Source of the DNA: Pirellulales bacterium
GTDB lineage: Bacteria; Planctomycetota; Planctomycetia; Pirellulales; PALSA-1355
DNA length: 64,000 bases
Direction of reading: 5' to 3'
Assembly (NCBI GenBank): GCA_963733035.1
Contig: CAVTBU010000004.1
Coordinates: 256,001-320,000 of the forward strand
Part shown: piece by piece, positions 1 through 9,762 of the stretch
Numbering within the stretch: the stretch's first letter is position 1
How the letters are laid out: every line of letters begins with the position of its first letter
Notes under the pieces: model-generated
The model's input: only the letters and a program-made list of their open reading frames with translations
Databases searched by the model: none
What the model was told of the DNA's origin: nothing
Position numbers and translations under genes: made by a program

Positions 1-419
1 TCAACGTGGCTGCCTTCATCTACACGCCCCGCCACATGCGCGCCGCGGCCGTGGGACTCTTCGCCTTACTTCGCAACGAGGGGGGGAGCTTTGGCACGTC
101 GATGGCCCGGACCGTGCAAGTGCGCCGCGATCAGTTCCATACGTGGCGCGTGGGGGAATTCCTCGATCAGTTCAACTCCACAGCAAGTTCCTACCTGGAG
201 CGGGCCCAGGCATTCTTCTTCCAGACAACAGGGGATGCGCCCCGATCGCAGCGGATGGCATTGCAAACGCTAGCGGATCTGCGGGAACGACAAGCATTGT
301 CGATGGCGTACTTTGATGTCTTCTTCGTGGCAGCGGTTTTGGCACTGCTGCTCGCGCTGCTGGTGCTGCTGATGAAACGCTCGGTGGCCGAAAAAGGCAC
401 CCACATCGGGGCAGAATAA
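1..419 (+). CDS. DHA2/EmrB-QacA family MFS efflux permease, C-terminal part (5' truncated by window edge)
   Basis: GLFALLRNEGGSFGTS (motif-like RNxGG), periplasmic loop, then QALSMAYFDVF plus a final TM helix, typical of EmrB C-termini. Confidence 0.8.
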   Translation, partial: NVAAFIYTPRHMRAAAVGLFALLRNEGGSFGTSMARTVQVRRDQFHTWRVGEFLDQFNSTASSYLERAQAFFFQTTGDAPRSQRMALQTLADLRERQALSMAYFDVFFVAAVLALLLALLVLLMKRSVAEKGTHIGAE

Positions 420-458
420 GCTGAGAGGTCAGGCTGTCGATGCGCTTCGGAAAAGGTT

Positions 459-812
459 TTGTTTATGACTCGTGATCTTGCCGAACTGCGTGCCGTACGC
501 GGTGTGCTGTTCGACTTGGACGGGGTGATTTACCACGCCAAGGGACCGCTGCCCGGTGTTCGAGACGCGATTGATTATCTGAAGTCAACCGGCCGTGCGT
601 TTCCGGCTGTCACGAACAATCCCACTTTGACTTCCGAACAGTTTGTTGCGCGGTTGGCCCAGATGGAGATTCACGACGTTTGCCATACCTGCAAATGTGG
701 ATTGATCTCCGGGGCGGTGGAATATGATCCCGGGCCGTTCGGTCCGCCCGCGGCCGGAAACGTGCTTATTTGTTGCTCGCGCCCGCAAGGAGAGCTGGTA
801 ATCGATAGCTAG
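459..812 (+). pseudogene. Chimeric remnant: N-terminus of a HAD-IIA (NagD-like) hydrolase joined to the C-terminal half of a 2Fe-2S ferredoxin domain
   Basis: VLFDLDGVIY...VTNN HAD-IIA motifs, then an abrupt switch to CHTCKCGLISGAVEY...VLICCSRPQGELVID; both parts are incomplete. Confidence 0.7.
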
Positions 813-842
813 CTCTTCCAACGTACCGTGTCCGGCAGCGAA

Positions 843-1496
843 CTAGGCGTGCGATAAATCAATTGGCTGACTGTTTGGCGCGGTCGCTAAGCGCAGTCTT
901 TCGGCCATCTTCACCAAATTGGCGATTGACTCCGCTCTCATCTTTTCCATGACTTTACCGCGGTGGGCTTTCACCGTGATTTCGCTGATGCCCAATTTGG
1001 CGCCGACCTGCTTGTTCAGCAGACCGGAAACGACCAGGTCCATGACTTCGCGTTCGCGTGGTGTGAGGTTCCCGAGGCGCTGCCGGAGTTGTCGTATTTC
1101 GCTTTGCTCGGCGAGCGTCGCCCGGCTGCGTTCAATGGCCTGGCGGATGGCACCCAGAAGTTCATTGTCGTTCAACGGCTTGGTGAGAAACTCGACCGCG
1201 CCGGCTTTCATGGCGCGCACCGTCTTCGGCACATCGCCGTAGCCGGAGATAAAGATAATCGGCATGTCGCTGCGGTCACCAGCGATGCGCTCCTGAAGTT
1301 CAAAGCCGTTCAGTCCCGGCAGAGTCAGGTCGAGTACGAGGCAGCTCGGAGTCGCCTCGGGAGGACGAGCGAGGAATTCATCCGCGGTTGGAAAGGCTTC
1401 CGACCGCCAGCCTTCGCATTGGATCAGCGACTCCAAGGATTCTCGCACCGAGACATCGTCGTCAACCACAAACACGATCGGCGTTGCATTGGACAT
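843..1496 (-). CDS. FixJ/NodW/TodT-type response regulator (REC + LuxR HTH)
   Basis: [28 protein letters not shown]...[17 protein letters not shown]; start taken at ATG 1496. Confidence 0.92.
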   Translation of the reverse strand: MSNATPIVFVVDDDVSVRESLESLIQCEGWRSEAFPTADEFLARPPEATPSCLVLDLTLPGLNGFELQERIAGDRSDMPIIFISGYGDVPKTVRAMKAGAVEFLTKPLNDNELLGAIRQAIERSRATLAEQSEIRQLRQRLGNLTPREREVMDLVVSGLLNKQVGAKLGISEITVKAHRGKVMEKMRAESIANLVKMAERLRLATAPNSQPIDLSHA

Positions 1497-1524
1497 GGCC
1501 CACCTCGATTGCACTTGTTTCCGT

Positions 1525-1896
1525 CTAATTCGTTCCCAGGGCGGCCTGCATCGCCTGAAGCAAAGCCGTGTCGCTGAACGGTTTGAGCAGACAGGCGACC
1601 GCGCCCTCTTCCAGTATGTTTGGCCGAGTAGTCTCATCCTTGTGCGCGGTGATGAACACGATTGGAATCGGCTGCTTGCGATGTCTCAATTCGCGCTGAA
1701 CGTCGAACCCGCTCATCCCCGGCATGGCGATGTCCAGAATGAGGCACTTTGTCTTCTCCACGTACTCGGAAGCAAGGAACTCTTCGCCCGATTTGAACGG
1801 CTGCACCGCGAAGCCAAATTCTTTCAGCAGGTCAGGCAGCGATTCGCGTACCGACTCGTCATCATCAACCACTGAAACCAATGCACGTGTGTCCAT
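1525..1896 (-). CDS. Single-domain response regulator (receiver only)
   Basis: [34 protein letters not shown]; start at ATG 1896. Confidence 0.9.
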   Translation of the reverse strand: MDTRALVSVVDDDESVRESLPDLLKEFGFAVQPFKSGEEFLASEYVEKTKCLILDIAMPGMSGFDVQRELRHRKQPIPIVFITAHKDETTRPNILEEGAVACLLKPFSDTALLQAMQAALGTN

Positions 1897-1906
1897 CAGA
1901 GATTCC

Positions 1907-4060
1907 TCACGACCCCGCGGGCTGGTTAGCGGCAGGTTTTCGAACCGAGCTCGGCAGGCGCCCGCCAAACGCGCTACCGGGACTCCGAGGAATGGAGAAT
2001 GAAAATGCTGCTCCGGGGCCGTCGTTTGACTCGGCCCAGAGGCGGCCCTGATGGTTTTCGATAATGGATTGGCTGACCGCCAGACCAATTCCCATACCGC
2101 CAGTTTTGGTGGTGTAAAACGCGTTGAAGAGTCGACCTATAGCATGCGGATCGAGACCAACCCCACTGTCTTGCACGGTCATGCATACGTGGTCGGTTCC
2201 ATCGAGCCCGGTTTGAATGAGTAAATGTCGCGAGCGGTCGTACACTTCCCCCATCGCTTCCGATGCGTTTTGCAGCAGATTCATAATTACCTGTTGAAGC
2301 TGCACGCGATCACCTGTGATCAGCGGTAAATTGTCGGCAAGATCGGCCCGCAGAATCACACGGTTTCTTTGCAGCTTGTTGGAGAGCAGCTCGATTACTT
2401 CTCGCGCGGCTTCGTTTAGATCAACCGACTCGGTGGTGGCCTGCCGATTGCTGAACAAAGCTCGTAATCGTGCGATGACTTCCGATGCGCGGTTGCCGTC
2501 GCGGATCGTGCGGCGGGCGGTTTCACGTGCGCCTTCGACGTTCGGAGGGGCGGCATCGAGCATCCGCAAGCAAGTGCTGGCGTTGGTGATGATGCCCGAA
2601 AGCGGCTGATTGACTTCGTGCGCGATCGAGGCAGTGAGCTGGCTCATCGTCATCACTCGCATCATGTTGGCCAGTTCTGCCTGCGTGTTGCGCAAAGTGA
2701 GCTCACTCTGGCGGAGTTTTTCTTTCGCTTGCTTGGCATCAGTAATATCTCGAACGAAAGCGTTGAATACCCATTCCTCGCCGAGTTTGAGAGGCATCAC
2801 CTCCAATTCGACGGGAAACTCCGTGCCGTCGCGGCGGAGCGCGGTGACTTCAATGCACCGCCGCAGCAGCGGGCCTTCGCCCGTGGCCAGGAAATGCCGA
2901 ATACCGCGCTGGTGTGCCATGCGGTCTGTCGTCGGGATAATCAATTCCGCCATGCGTTGTCCAATCGCTTCGCCGCTGCTCCAGCCAAACACGATTTCGG
3001 CCTGCTTGTTCCAACTGGTAATTGTTCCGGAAGCGTCCATCGTGACTACCGCATCCAGCGCGGTGTCGATGATCAAGCGTGTTCGCTCCTCGGTCTTGCG
3101 CAATTCCTGCTGAGACTGTTTGAGGTCTTCGATGTCCGTGGATGTGCCGACAAACCTGACGATTGTTCCTTCCGGATCGCGGAGCGCGATGCCCCGATTG
3201 AGATGCCAGCGATAGACTCCGTCCCGCGCCCGGCGAAAGCGCGTCTCCATCGCAAAGTCCTGTTCGGAGCGTATCCCTTCCCAAAAGACCGCGGCGGCCA
3301 TTTCGCGATCGTCGGGATGCACCGCGGTCATCCACGCGTCGGGCTGCGACATAACATAATCGAGTGCCTGGCCGGTATACTCCAGCCACTTCTGATTGAC
3401 GAAATCGGGCGTTCCATCCGGACGAAGCGTCCACGCCGCCACGGGAAGCAGTTGCAGCACGCCGACCTGCAGTTGCAACTGCTGATTGGCGGCGGCGAGC
3501 TCCCTCGTTCGCTGCGCGACTCGCTGATCGAGCTCATTGGCAAGCCGCTGCTGCTCGCTGCGCAGTCGAGCTTCGTGCAGCGCGACCACCGCCTGGTTGG
3601 CCGCCACTCTTAAGAGCAGCTCCTCAGTTTGCCCGGGGAAATCCGAACGCCCCGTCCCGGCGACGAGCATGCCGATTTCGCCATACAATCCAAGTCGTAA
3701 GGGTGCGAACGACAGATTATTGCCTCCGACGCAGCCTTCAATCCGCGTGGGCCACTTCTGAGAATCGCCTCCCAATAGCCGACCGAGCCGCGCCCCGATC
3801 TCATCCGTCTGGGCCGCCAAGCTGAGCGATTGGGTCGTTCGTGATAGTTCCACGGCATCTTCCCCCGGCATGCCCGACAATCGCACGTAGATCAAATCCA
3901 GATGGAGCATGCGGTGCAGGACGTCGATCAGTGTGCGAGCGATCTGGGATGGAGCGCCACCACTCCAGAGCGCAGGAAGAGCCATCATGCTGATCAGGTC
4001 GTTGATGCAACGTTCCAGATGCTTGACCTGTTCGCCTGGATGTTTCGGTTGCGCGTCCAT
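1907..4060 (-). CDS. PAS-PAS sensor histidine kinase (FixL/NodV-like) with N-terminal GAF-like region
   Basis: Two PAS/PAC domains (WMTAVHPDD...GTSTDIED; VFNAFVRDIT), H-box SIAHEVNQPL, N-box QVIMNLLQNA, G-boxes DSGVG, FYTTK, GMGIGL. Confidence 0.92.
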   Translation of the reverse strand: MDAQPKHPGEQVKHLERCINDLISMMALPALWSGGAPSQIARTLIDVLHRMLHLDLIYVRLSGMPGEDAVELSRTTQSLSLAAQTDEIGARLGRLLGGDSQKWPTRIEGCVGGNNLSFAPLRLGLYGEIGMLVAGTGRSDFPGQTEELLLRVAANQAVVALHEARLRSEQQRLANELDQRVAQRTRELAAANQQLQLQVGVLQLLPVAAWTLRPDGTPDFVNQKWLEYTGQALDYVMSQPDAWMTAVHPDDREMAAAVFWEGIRSEQDFAMETRFRRARDGVYRWHLNRGIALRDPEGTIVRFVGTSTDIEDLKQSQQELRKTEERTRLIIDTALDAVVTMDASGTITSWNKQAEIVFGWSSGEAIGQRMAELIIPTTDRMAHQRGIRHFLATGEGPLLRRCIEVTALRRDGTEFPVELEVMPLKLGEEWVFNAFVRDITDAKQAKEKLRQSELTLRNTQAELANMMRVMTMSQLTASIAHEVNQPLSGIITNASTCLRMLDAAPPNVEGARETARRTIRDGNRASEVIARLRALFSNRQATTESVDLNEAAREVIELLSNKLQRNRVILRADLADNLPLITGDRVQLQQVIMNLLQNASEAMGEVYDRSRHLLIQTGLDGTDHVCMTVQDSGVGLDPHAIGRLFNAFYTTKTGGMGIGLAVSQSIIENHQGRLWAESNDGPGAAFSFSIPRSPGSAFGGRLPSSVRKPAANQPAGS

Positions 4061-4064
4061 TTTG

Positions 4065-4688
4065 TCATGCTCGCCGCTCGCGCAACTCGCGCAAAAACTC
4101 TTCCGGGGGCACATAGAACGGATTGGACTGAAGAGTGCCGCCGATGATGACCATCGGGTGTGTCCGCATGATGTCGATGACCGTGTCACCTCCGAACTTC
4201 GCCAGATCGTAGACGCAAATGACTGCATCTTCGCGGCGGTTCCAAAGCTCGTTCACGCGCGATTCGAATTCGACGAGATTATCAATGTGCGATCGTCCCC
4301 TCGCCGCCCAGTCCATCTGGCAGACAATCCGGCTGAGCGGAAACCCCGCCTTGTCGTTGCTGTTGGACAGTTGTTCAAACACTTCGAGCATGAGGTCTTG
4401 GTCGAACCGCCCGTCTCGCAGGTAGGCTTCGACGTTGGTTCGAAGCTCGAATTGTCCGCTCCGCTGGGCCGCCGTCGCGTCGATTCCCGCGGCGGCTAAT
4501 CTCTGGAGATGATCGTGGCGTCTGTCCGGGTTAACGACATGAACCGCCTTGTGGCCGCATTCGAATCCGTCCTTAATGAATGGCAGCAAGACCCGATACT
4601 CTTCATCAGCACTGTTGAAGAACGCGCAGACATGGCGTACCTCGCCAAGCTCGGAACCGGCAAAAGGGATCGGGGCCGTTGCCTTCAT
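4065..4688 (-). CDS. Stand-alone MEDS (DcmR-like sensory) domain protein
   Basis: RHVCAFF, FESRVN, ICVYDL..F.G....DIMRTHP.VI..G....NPFY signature. Confidence 0.85.
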   Translation of the reverse strand: MKATAPIPFAGSELGEVRHVCAFFNSADEEYRVLLPFIKDGFECGHKAVHVVNPDRRHDHLQRLAAAGIDATAAQRSGQFELRTNVEAYLRDGRFDQDLMLEVFEQLSNSNDKAGFPLSRIVCQMDWAARGRSHIDNLVEFESRVNELWNRREDAVICVYDLAKFGGDTVIDIMRTHPMVIIGGTLQSNPFYVPPEEFLRELRERRA

Positions 4689-4727
4689 GTCGTTCTCCCT
4701 CTTCGTGTGGTCTGGCGCAGCTTAAGA

Positions 4728-4767
4728 ATACGTAAGGTATGCCGAACGCTCCATCATACTTTGGTAT
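4728..4767. promoter_or_regulatory. Candidate response-regulator boxes ATAC-N4/5-GTAT in the divergent MEDS / aldo-keto reductase promoter
   Basis: ATACGTAAGGTAT (4728-4740) and ATACTTTGGTAT (4756-4767) inverted repeats. Confidence 0.4.
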
Positions 4768-4972
4768 TGGTTTGATCCGGCGATTTCGTATCGGTGATAC
4801 TTTCGTCCAATAGGATGATTCTAGCCACTTACCTAACTTCGAAGGAGCATCTTTTGTCGGAGCTTCAGTGAAATCCGTCGTGGTTTCTACTGAAGAGTCG
4901 TGTGGATGGCTGATGCGCGGCAGTTTCGCCTCGGCGACGCGTGTCGCGGGAACTCACGCAAGGAGCAAACCA

Positions 4973-5914
4973 ATCTTAAATCCCGACGACCTTCGCTATA
5001 CGACGTTGCCCCTCAATAATGGATCCGGCACGATCCCCGCGCTCGGCTTCGGCACGCTCATTCCCGACCCCATTGCAACGAAAAACGCGACGAAGGCGGC
5101 GCTAGAGGCAGGATTCCGCCTGCTCGACACGGCAGAACGCTACCAAACCGAAAGGGAGGTCGGCGAAGCATTGCAGGAGGTGTTCAAGAGCGGGAGGATC
5201 AAGCGGGAGGATGTTTTTGTCATCACGAAGCTTTGGAACACGAATCATCGTCCTGAACGCGTCAAACCTGCTTTCGAGGCCAGCCTCAAGAGGCTCCAGC
5301 TTGACGTCATTGATCTCTATCTCATTCATACCCCCTTTGCGTTCCGACCTGGTGAGGCGCCAGATCCCAGGGACGCAAACGGCAACGTGATTTATGACTC
5401 GGGTGTGACGCTCTTGGACACATGGAGAGCGTTGGAGCGCCTGGTGGATGAGGGGAAGTGCAAGGCGATTGGATTGTCCGACGTTGGCCTGAAGCAGGCG
5501 CAAGACATTTACGACGCCGCAAGGATCAAACCAGCGGTGGTCCATGTCGAATCCCATCCGTACCTTCCCGAATGGGATCTCGTGAACTACTGCCGATCGA
5601 ACGGCATCGTGCTGCAAGCGTTCGCAGCCCTGGGCCATAGTAGTGAGCCCAAGTTGCTGGCAGATCCTGTCATCATCGATATCGCCAAGCGAGTCAACAA
5701 GACACCTGCGCAGGTCCTGCTCGCCTGGGCGATCCAACGTGGGACGGCATGCCTGACCACCTCCAAGACCCCCAGCCGCATTCAGGAGAACTTTGAATTA
5801 TCCGGCATTCCGGAAGACGCGATGCGAGAGATCAGCGATGGAATCAAGTCGCGAGTCAGGTTCAACGCGGTTGTGGAGACCGGCATACCCGGGTTCATTC
5901 CGAGAGGGACGTGA
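4973..5914 (+). CDS. Aldo/keto reductase (start codon uncertain)
   Basis: IPALGFGT, DTAERY, FVITKLW, DLYLIH, IGLS, AQVLLAW, SKTPSRIQEN; AGGAG RBS near 4961 precedes an in-frame ATC. Confidence 0.9.
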   Translation: MLNPDDLRYTTLPLNNGSGTIPALGFGTLIPDPIATKNATKAALEAGFRLLDTAERYQTEREVGEALQEVFKSGRIKREDVFVITKLWNTNHRPERVKPAFEASLKRLQLDVIDLYLIHTPFAFRPGEAPDPRDANGNVIYDSGVTLLDTWRALERLVDEGKCKAIGLSDVGLKQAQDIYDAARIKPAVVHVESHPYLPEWDLVNYCRSNGIVLQAFAALGHSSEPKLLADPVIIDIAKRVNKTPAQVLLAWAIQRGTACLTTSKTPSRIQENFELSGIPEDAMREISDGIKSRVRFNAVVETGIPGFIPRGT

Positions 5915-6037
5915 TAGGAATCGGTACGGGCGTCAGGCGATCCAATTGTGGCTTGAATTCAGTCCGAGATTATTTTGTGGCGACATGGTGCATCCGACAG
6001 TCCGTGAACAGGCAACCCCTGGCTTTGGGAGGACCCC

Positions 6038-7573
6038 ATGAACACCGTTGCTGCTCCTGATCGGTTGACCGCAGCATCGTCGCGCTCGGCTTCCGCGCTG
6101 AACCTGATCGACGGCACCTGGGTCGACGGCCGTGGAAATACGCACCGTGACATCTGCAATCCAGCGGACGCAGCCGAGGTGTTGGCATCGGTAAGTGAGG
6201 CGGCACCGGAGCAGGTCGACGCAGTCTGCGCTGCCGCCTCCCGTGCCTTCCCTGGCTGGCGGGCCACGCCGGCGCCGGATCGAGCTCGCGTCCTGTTCAA
6301 GTTCCGGGGTCTGCTGGAAAACAACCTCTCCGAGTTGGCACACGGTATCGTCCGCGAAAACGGCAAGCTGCTCAGCGAGGCGCACGGTTCTTTGCGGCGC
6401 GGGCTGGACGTCGTCGAATTTGCCTGTGGCGTTCCCTCCCAGTTGATGGGGCAGACGCTGACCGACATTTCGCGTGACATTGACTGCCATGCCATTCGCG
6501 AACCGGTGGGCGTGGTAGTCGGCATACCGCCTTTCAATTTCCCGGCTTTGATCCCGCTGTGGATGATGTCGATTGCCGTGGCCTGCGGGAACACGTTCGT
6601 CCTCAAGCCCGCCCAAAAGGCACCGCTCACCGGTACCCGACTGGTCGAGCTGTTAGCTGATGCCGGCTTGCCGCCAGGTGTCGTCGGCGTGGTGCAGGGC
6701 GGCCAGGCGATAAGCGAACGGCTCATCACCAATCCGCACGTCCAGGCAGTTTCTTTTGTCGGCACGTCGGCAGTGGCCGAGTCGGTCTACCGTATTGCGG
6801 CGGCGCACGGAAAGCGCGTTCAGGCACACGGCGGAGCGAAGAACCATCTGATCGTCCTGCCCGATGCCGACCTGGAGCGCAGCCTGCCTGCCCTGATCGG
6901 ATCTTGCTTCGGCTCTGCCGGACAGCGCTGTCTTGCCGGCAGCGTGCTAGTGGTAGTCGGCGATCGAGTGCGACAGGACGCGGTTATCGATGCTTTCATC
7001 CGCTCGGCGGGTGAACTCAAACTGGGAGACGGCCTGGACGATGTCGCGACGCTCTGTCCCGTGGTGAACGCAGTGGAGGAAAAGCGGATCCGGGCTGCGA
7101 TCGAGCGCGGAGTGTCGGAAGGAGCGCGACTTCGCCTTGACGGCCGTTGCCAAACCGTCCCCCACAGGCCGCGAGGCTGTTTCATCGGGCCGACGGTCTT
7201 CGACGATGTGACACCGGAGATGTTTGTCGGCCGGGAGGAGATTTTTGGCCCGGTGGTGAGCGTGATGCGCGCCCCGGACCTGGATGCGGCGATCACGTTG
7301 ACGAACCGCAGCCAATACGGCAACACGGTCTCACTCTTCACGCAATCCGGCGCAGCGGCTCGCATCTTCCGCGAGCGGATCCAGGTCGGGATGCTCGGCA
7401 TCAATCTGGGCGTGCCGGCACCGATGGCGTTCTTTCCGTTCGGCGGCTGGAAGAAGTCGCTTTACGGTGATCTCGATGCGCAGGGTGCTGACGCCGTCGC
7501 CTTCTATACGCGAAAGAAAATAATCACCGAACACTGGTTCGGCGCCGAGGCGCCGAAGGACGGATGGATGTGA
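6038..7573 (+). CDS. mmsA: CoA-acylating (methyl)malonate-semialdehyde dehydrogenase
   Basis: PFNFPA.IPLW, SFVGTS, RVQA.GGAKNH, FGSAGQRC catalytic Cys, EEIFGPV, PAPMAFFPFGGWKKS. Confidence 0.88.
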   Translation: MNTVAAPDRLTAASSRSASALNLIDGTWVDGRGNTHRDICNPADAAEVLASVSEAAPEQVDAVCAAASRAFPGWRATPAPDRARVLFKFRGLLENNLSELAHGIVRENGKLLSEAHGSLRRGLDVVEFACGVPSQLMGQTLTDISRDIDCHAIREPVGVVVGIPPFNFPALIPLWMMSIAVACGNTFVLKPAQKAPLTGTRLVELLADAGLPPGVVGVVQGGQAISERLITNPHVQAVSFVGTSAVAESVYRIAAAHGKRVQAHGGAKNHLIVLPDADLERSLPALIGSCFGSAGQRCLAGSVLVVVGDRVRQDAVIDAFIRSAGELKLGDGLDDVATLCPVVNAVEEKRIRAAIERGVSEGARLRLDGRCQTVPHRPRGCFIGPTVFDDVTPEMFVGREEIFGPVVSVMRAPDLDAAITLTNRSQYGNTVSLFTQSGAAARIFRERIQVGMLGINLGVPAPMAFFPFGGWKKSLYGDLDAQGADAVAFYTRKKIITEHWFGAEAPKDGWM

Positions 7574-7643
7574 TCGATCAGAAAAGACGGGAGCACCGGC
7601 CACCGGAGTTCATTCAACTAACGCCGACGAGGAGGTACGGACC

Positions 7644-8387
7644 ATGGCACGAGTCGCCCTAATCACAGGAGCCAGCCGGGGAATCGGCGCAGCAACCGCA
7701 CTGACACTGGTCAAACAGGGGTATCGGGTGGTCGTCAACTATCGCGCCAGTGCAACGCAGGCCGAGGACGTGGTGGCGACCATCACCGCGGCCGGCGGCG
7801 AAGCCGTGGCAATAAAAGCCGACGTCACCGTGCCCGACGATGTCACCGCCATGGCAGATGAAATCGCTCAGCGGTGGGGTGGGACGGACGTGCTCGTGCA
7901 CAACGCGATGACGCCGTTTACGGTCACCTCGTTCGCCGAGTTGAGCTGGGACCAGCTCGGCGGGAAGCTGGACAGCGAGCTGCATGCCGCATTCCTGACA
8001 ACGAAGGCCGTTGTGCCCGGAATGATTTCGCGCGGATTTGGTCGGCTGATCTATATGAGTACGGGGCTGTCGCGACGACCGCGCGAGGGAATGATCACGC
8101 TGGGCACCGCCAAGGCGGCCCTGGACCAGTTCGTGCGGTATGTCGCTTTGGAGCTGGCACCGCATGGGATCACCGCGAACCTCGTCGCACCGTCCACTGT
8201 GGAGGGGACCAGAGTGACTCAGCAATTCACCGCGGAGCGGATGCGCGAGCTCGCCGCGGCCACGCCGATGGGACGGCTGCCCCATCCCGACGATGTCGCC
8301 CAGACGGTGGCCTTCCTGGCAAGTGAAGGCTCCGGTTTGACTACCGGCCACTACCTTCCCGTCAACGGGGGCTTGGCCATGGACTGA
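7644..8387 (+). CDS. SDR family oxidoreductase (FabG-like)
   Basis: TGASRGIG, ADV, VHNA, ITAN.VAP, TPMGR...DDVA, VNGG; the YxxxK tyrosine position is Leu (LGTAK). Confidence 0.88.
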   Translation: MARVALITGASRGIGAATALTLVKQGYRVVVNYRASATQAEDVVATITAAGGEAVAIKADVTVPDDVTAMADEIAQRWGGTDVLVHNAMTPFTVTSFAELSWDQLGGKLDSELHAAFLTTKAVVPGMISRGFGRLIYMSTGLSRRPREGMITLGTAKAALDQFVRYVALELAPHGITANLVAPSTVEGTRVTQQFTAERMRELAAATPMGRLPHPDDVAQTVAFLASEGSGLTTGHYLPVNGGLAMD

Positions 8388-8439
8388 ACGCATCGAGCGA
8401 GAACGCACTTTCCGAGATTCCGAGAGAAGGAGAAAGGCT

Positions 8440-9339
8440 ATGCCGCCGATGCAATCGATCGATCTGGCCTACGTCGGGCGTGGCATCCACGAAGAACTAG
8501 TGGCGTATGTCGCCGATCAGGAGGGGTACTTCGAGGATGAAGGCATCCACGTCGCCGTCCGCGACGGAATCAAGTGGAAGACCGAGCGACTGCGCGGCGG
8601 TGCAACCATCGGTTTAGGGCGCACCTTGTTGTCACGGCTGACCGAAGGCATCCAATGGAAGATGCTGGCCGTCAACACGCATCGTCCGCTGTTCTGGTTC
8701 CTCGGGCGTGGCGATGTGAAATCCATGGGTGATCTTCGCGGGCGCCGACTGGCGGTCCACCCACCTAGCACCGCACCCGGCTGTTTCGCGCGGATCGTGC
8801 TGCGCAAGCACGGTCTCGACCCCGATCGCGACCTGCAGTGCATCGCACGATTCCCGGGTGACTACCAGATGGATCTACGACATCTTCGCGACGGTTCGAT
8901 CGATGCGGCGTACGTGGGCAGCACCTTAGCGCCCGAACAGATTGCCGCCGAGGAGGGCTTTTCGGTCCTGTCCTGGGTTGGCGACCACTTCCAGATTCCC
9001 ACCGTGGGAATCGCCGTAGACCCCACTCGTATCCCGCTCGACAACCCAGCGCTTCAGGCACTGGTACGGGCCAACCAGCGAGCCCTGCGCACGATCGCCG
9101 AACAACCCCAGTTGGCCGTCGACTACATCGCCTTGTTCCTCAACCGGCTGACCCGCAATGAAGTTCAGCAATACTACGAGCGCTACATCAGCCCGTACTT
9201 TACCTCCGATGGCCAAGTAGACCTCGACGTGGCGCAACATGCGGTCGATGCGGTCGCCGCCGAACTCGGCGCCGCTACGGCGTCCGCTGACCAAGTCTAT
9301 CTGAACGCCGCCGCGGCATCCCGAAACTCGAGCGCGTAA
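8440..9339 (+). CDS. NitT/TauT/SsuA-like ABC substrate-binding protein (no permease or ATPase beside it)
   Basis: YVADQEGYFEDEGI, KSMGDLRGRRLAV, LRKHGLDPDRD, LRDGSIDAA. Confidence 0.75.
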   Translation: MPPMQSIDLAYVGRGIHEELVAYVADQEGYFEDEGIHVAVRDGIKWKTERLRGGATIGLGRTLLSRLTEGIQWKMLAVNTHRPLFWFLGRGDVKSMGDLRGRRLAVHPPSTAPGCFARIVLRKHGLDPDRDLQCIARFPGDYQMDLRHLRDGSIDAAYVGSTLAPEQIAAEEGFSVLSWVGDHFQIPTVGIAVDPTRIPLDNPALQALVRANQRALRTIAEQPQLAVDYIALFLNRLTRNEVQQYYERYISPYFTSDGQVDLDVAQHAVDAVAAELGAATASADQVYLNAAAASRNSSA

Positions 9340-9398
9340 TTGTAAAGCTCTCGGGCAAGAATGCAGAAGGCCCTCAACCTACCGCTAGTTGCTTAGTT

Positions 9399-9419
9399 TG
9401 GAGCGACAGGATTTCAACC
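9399..9419 (-). repeat. Degenerate inverted copy of the tRNA-Pro T-arm/acceptor 3' end (att-like relic)
   Basis: Reverse complement GGTTGAAATCCTGTCGCTCCA versus GGTTCAAATCCTGTCGCCCCGA. Confidence 0.55.
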
Positions 9420-9593
9420 GCCTCTTACCCCGCACAGAGTGCCTGCCGACTATCGGATGCTAAAGGTCGAACCGACTCTGGGTCATTGGGTAAACTGGCC
9501 AAAGCGTTTGTGCCCTCGGCACTACACTGAACCCTTCGAATTAACCGATACCGTCATTCTCGCAGACCACTGGTGAATCCGATGCCGGGACAA

Positions 9594-9762
9594 CTTGCAC
9601 TCACTTGCACTAGACTCCATGAAATCGTCGAATTCCATGCACTTGACGCGTCTGGTATGATTCAGTCGCGCATTGAATCGCAACGACTTACGTCAATCGA
9701 TCTGCGTTGACGACGAAGCTGGGGGTCAAGCGGTCGCAGGTTCAAATCCAGTCGCCCCGATT
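9594..9762 (+). repeat. 169-bp att-like repeat, copy 1 (TTGCACT arm repeats, IHF-like site, tRNA-Pro 3' half)
   Basis: Gap-free alignment with 20989-21157; about 25 mismatches counted by eye (about 85% identity). Confidence 0.92.
9719..9760 (+). pseudogene. 3' half of tRNA-Pro(GGG), anticodon loop to acceptor stem; att core remnant, not a complete tRNA
   Basis: CTGGGGGTCAAGCGGTCGCAGGTTCAAATCCAGTCGCCCCGA; no D-arm or 5' acceptor strand upstream. Confidence 0.85.
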
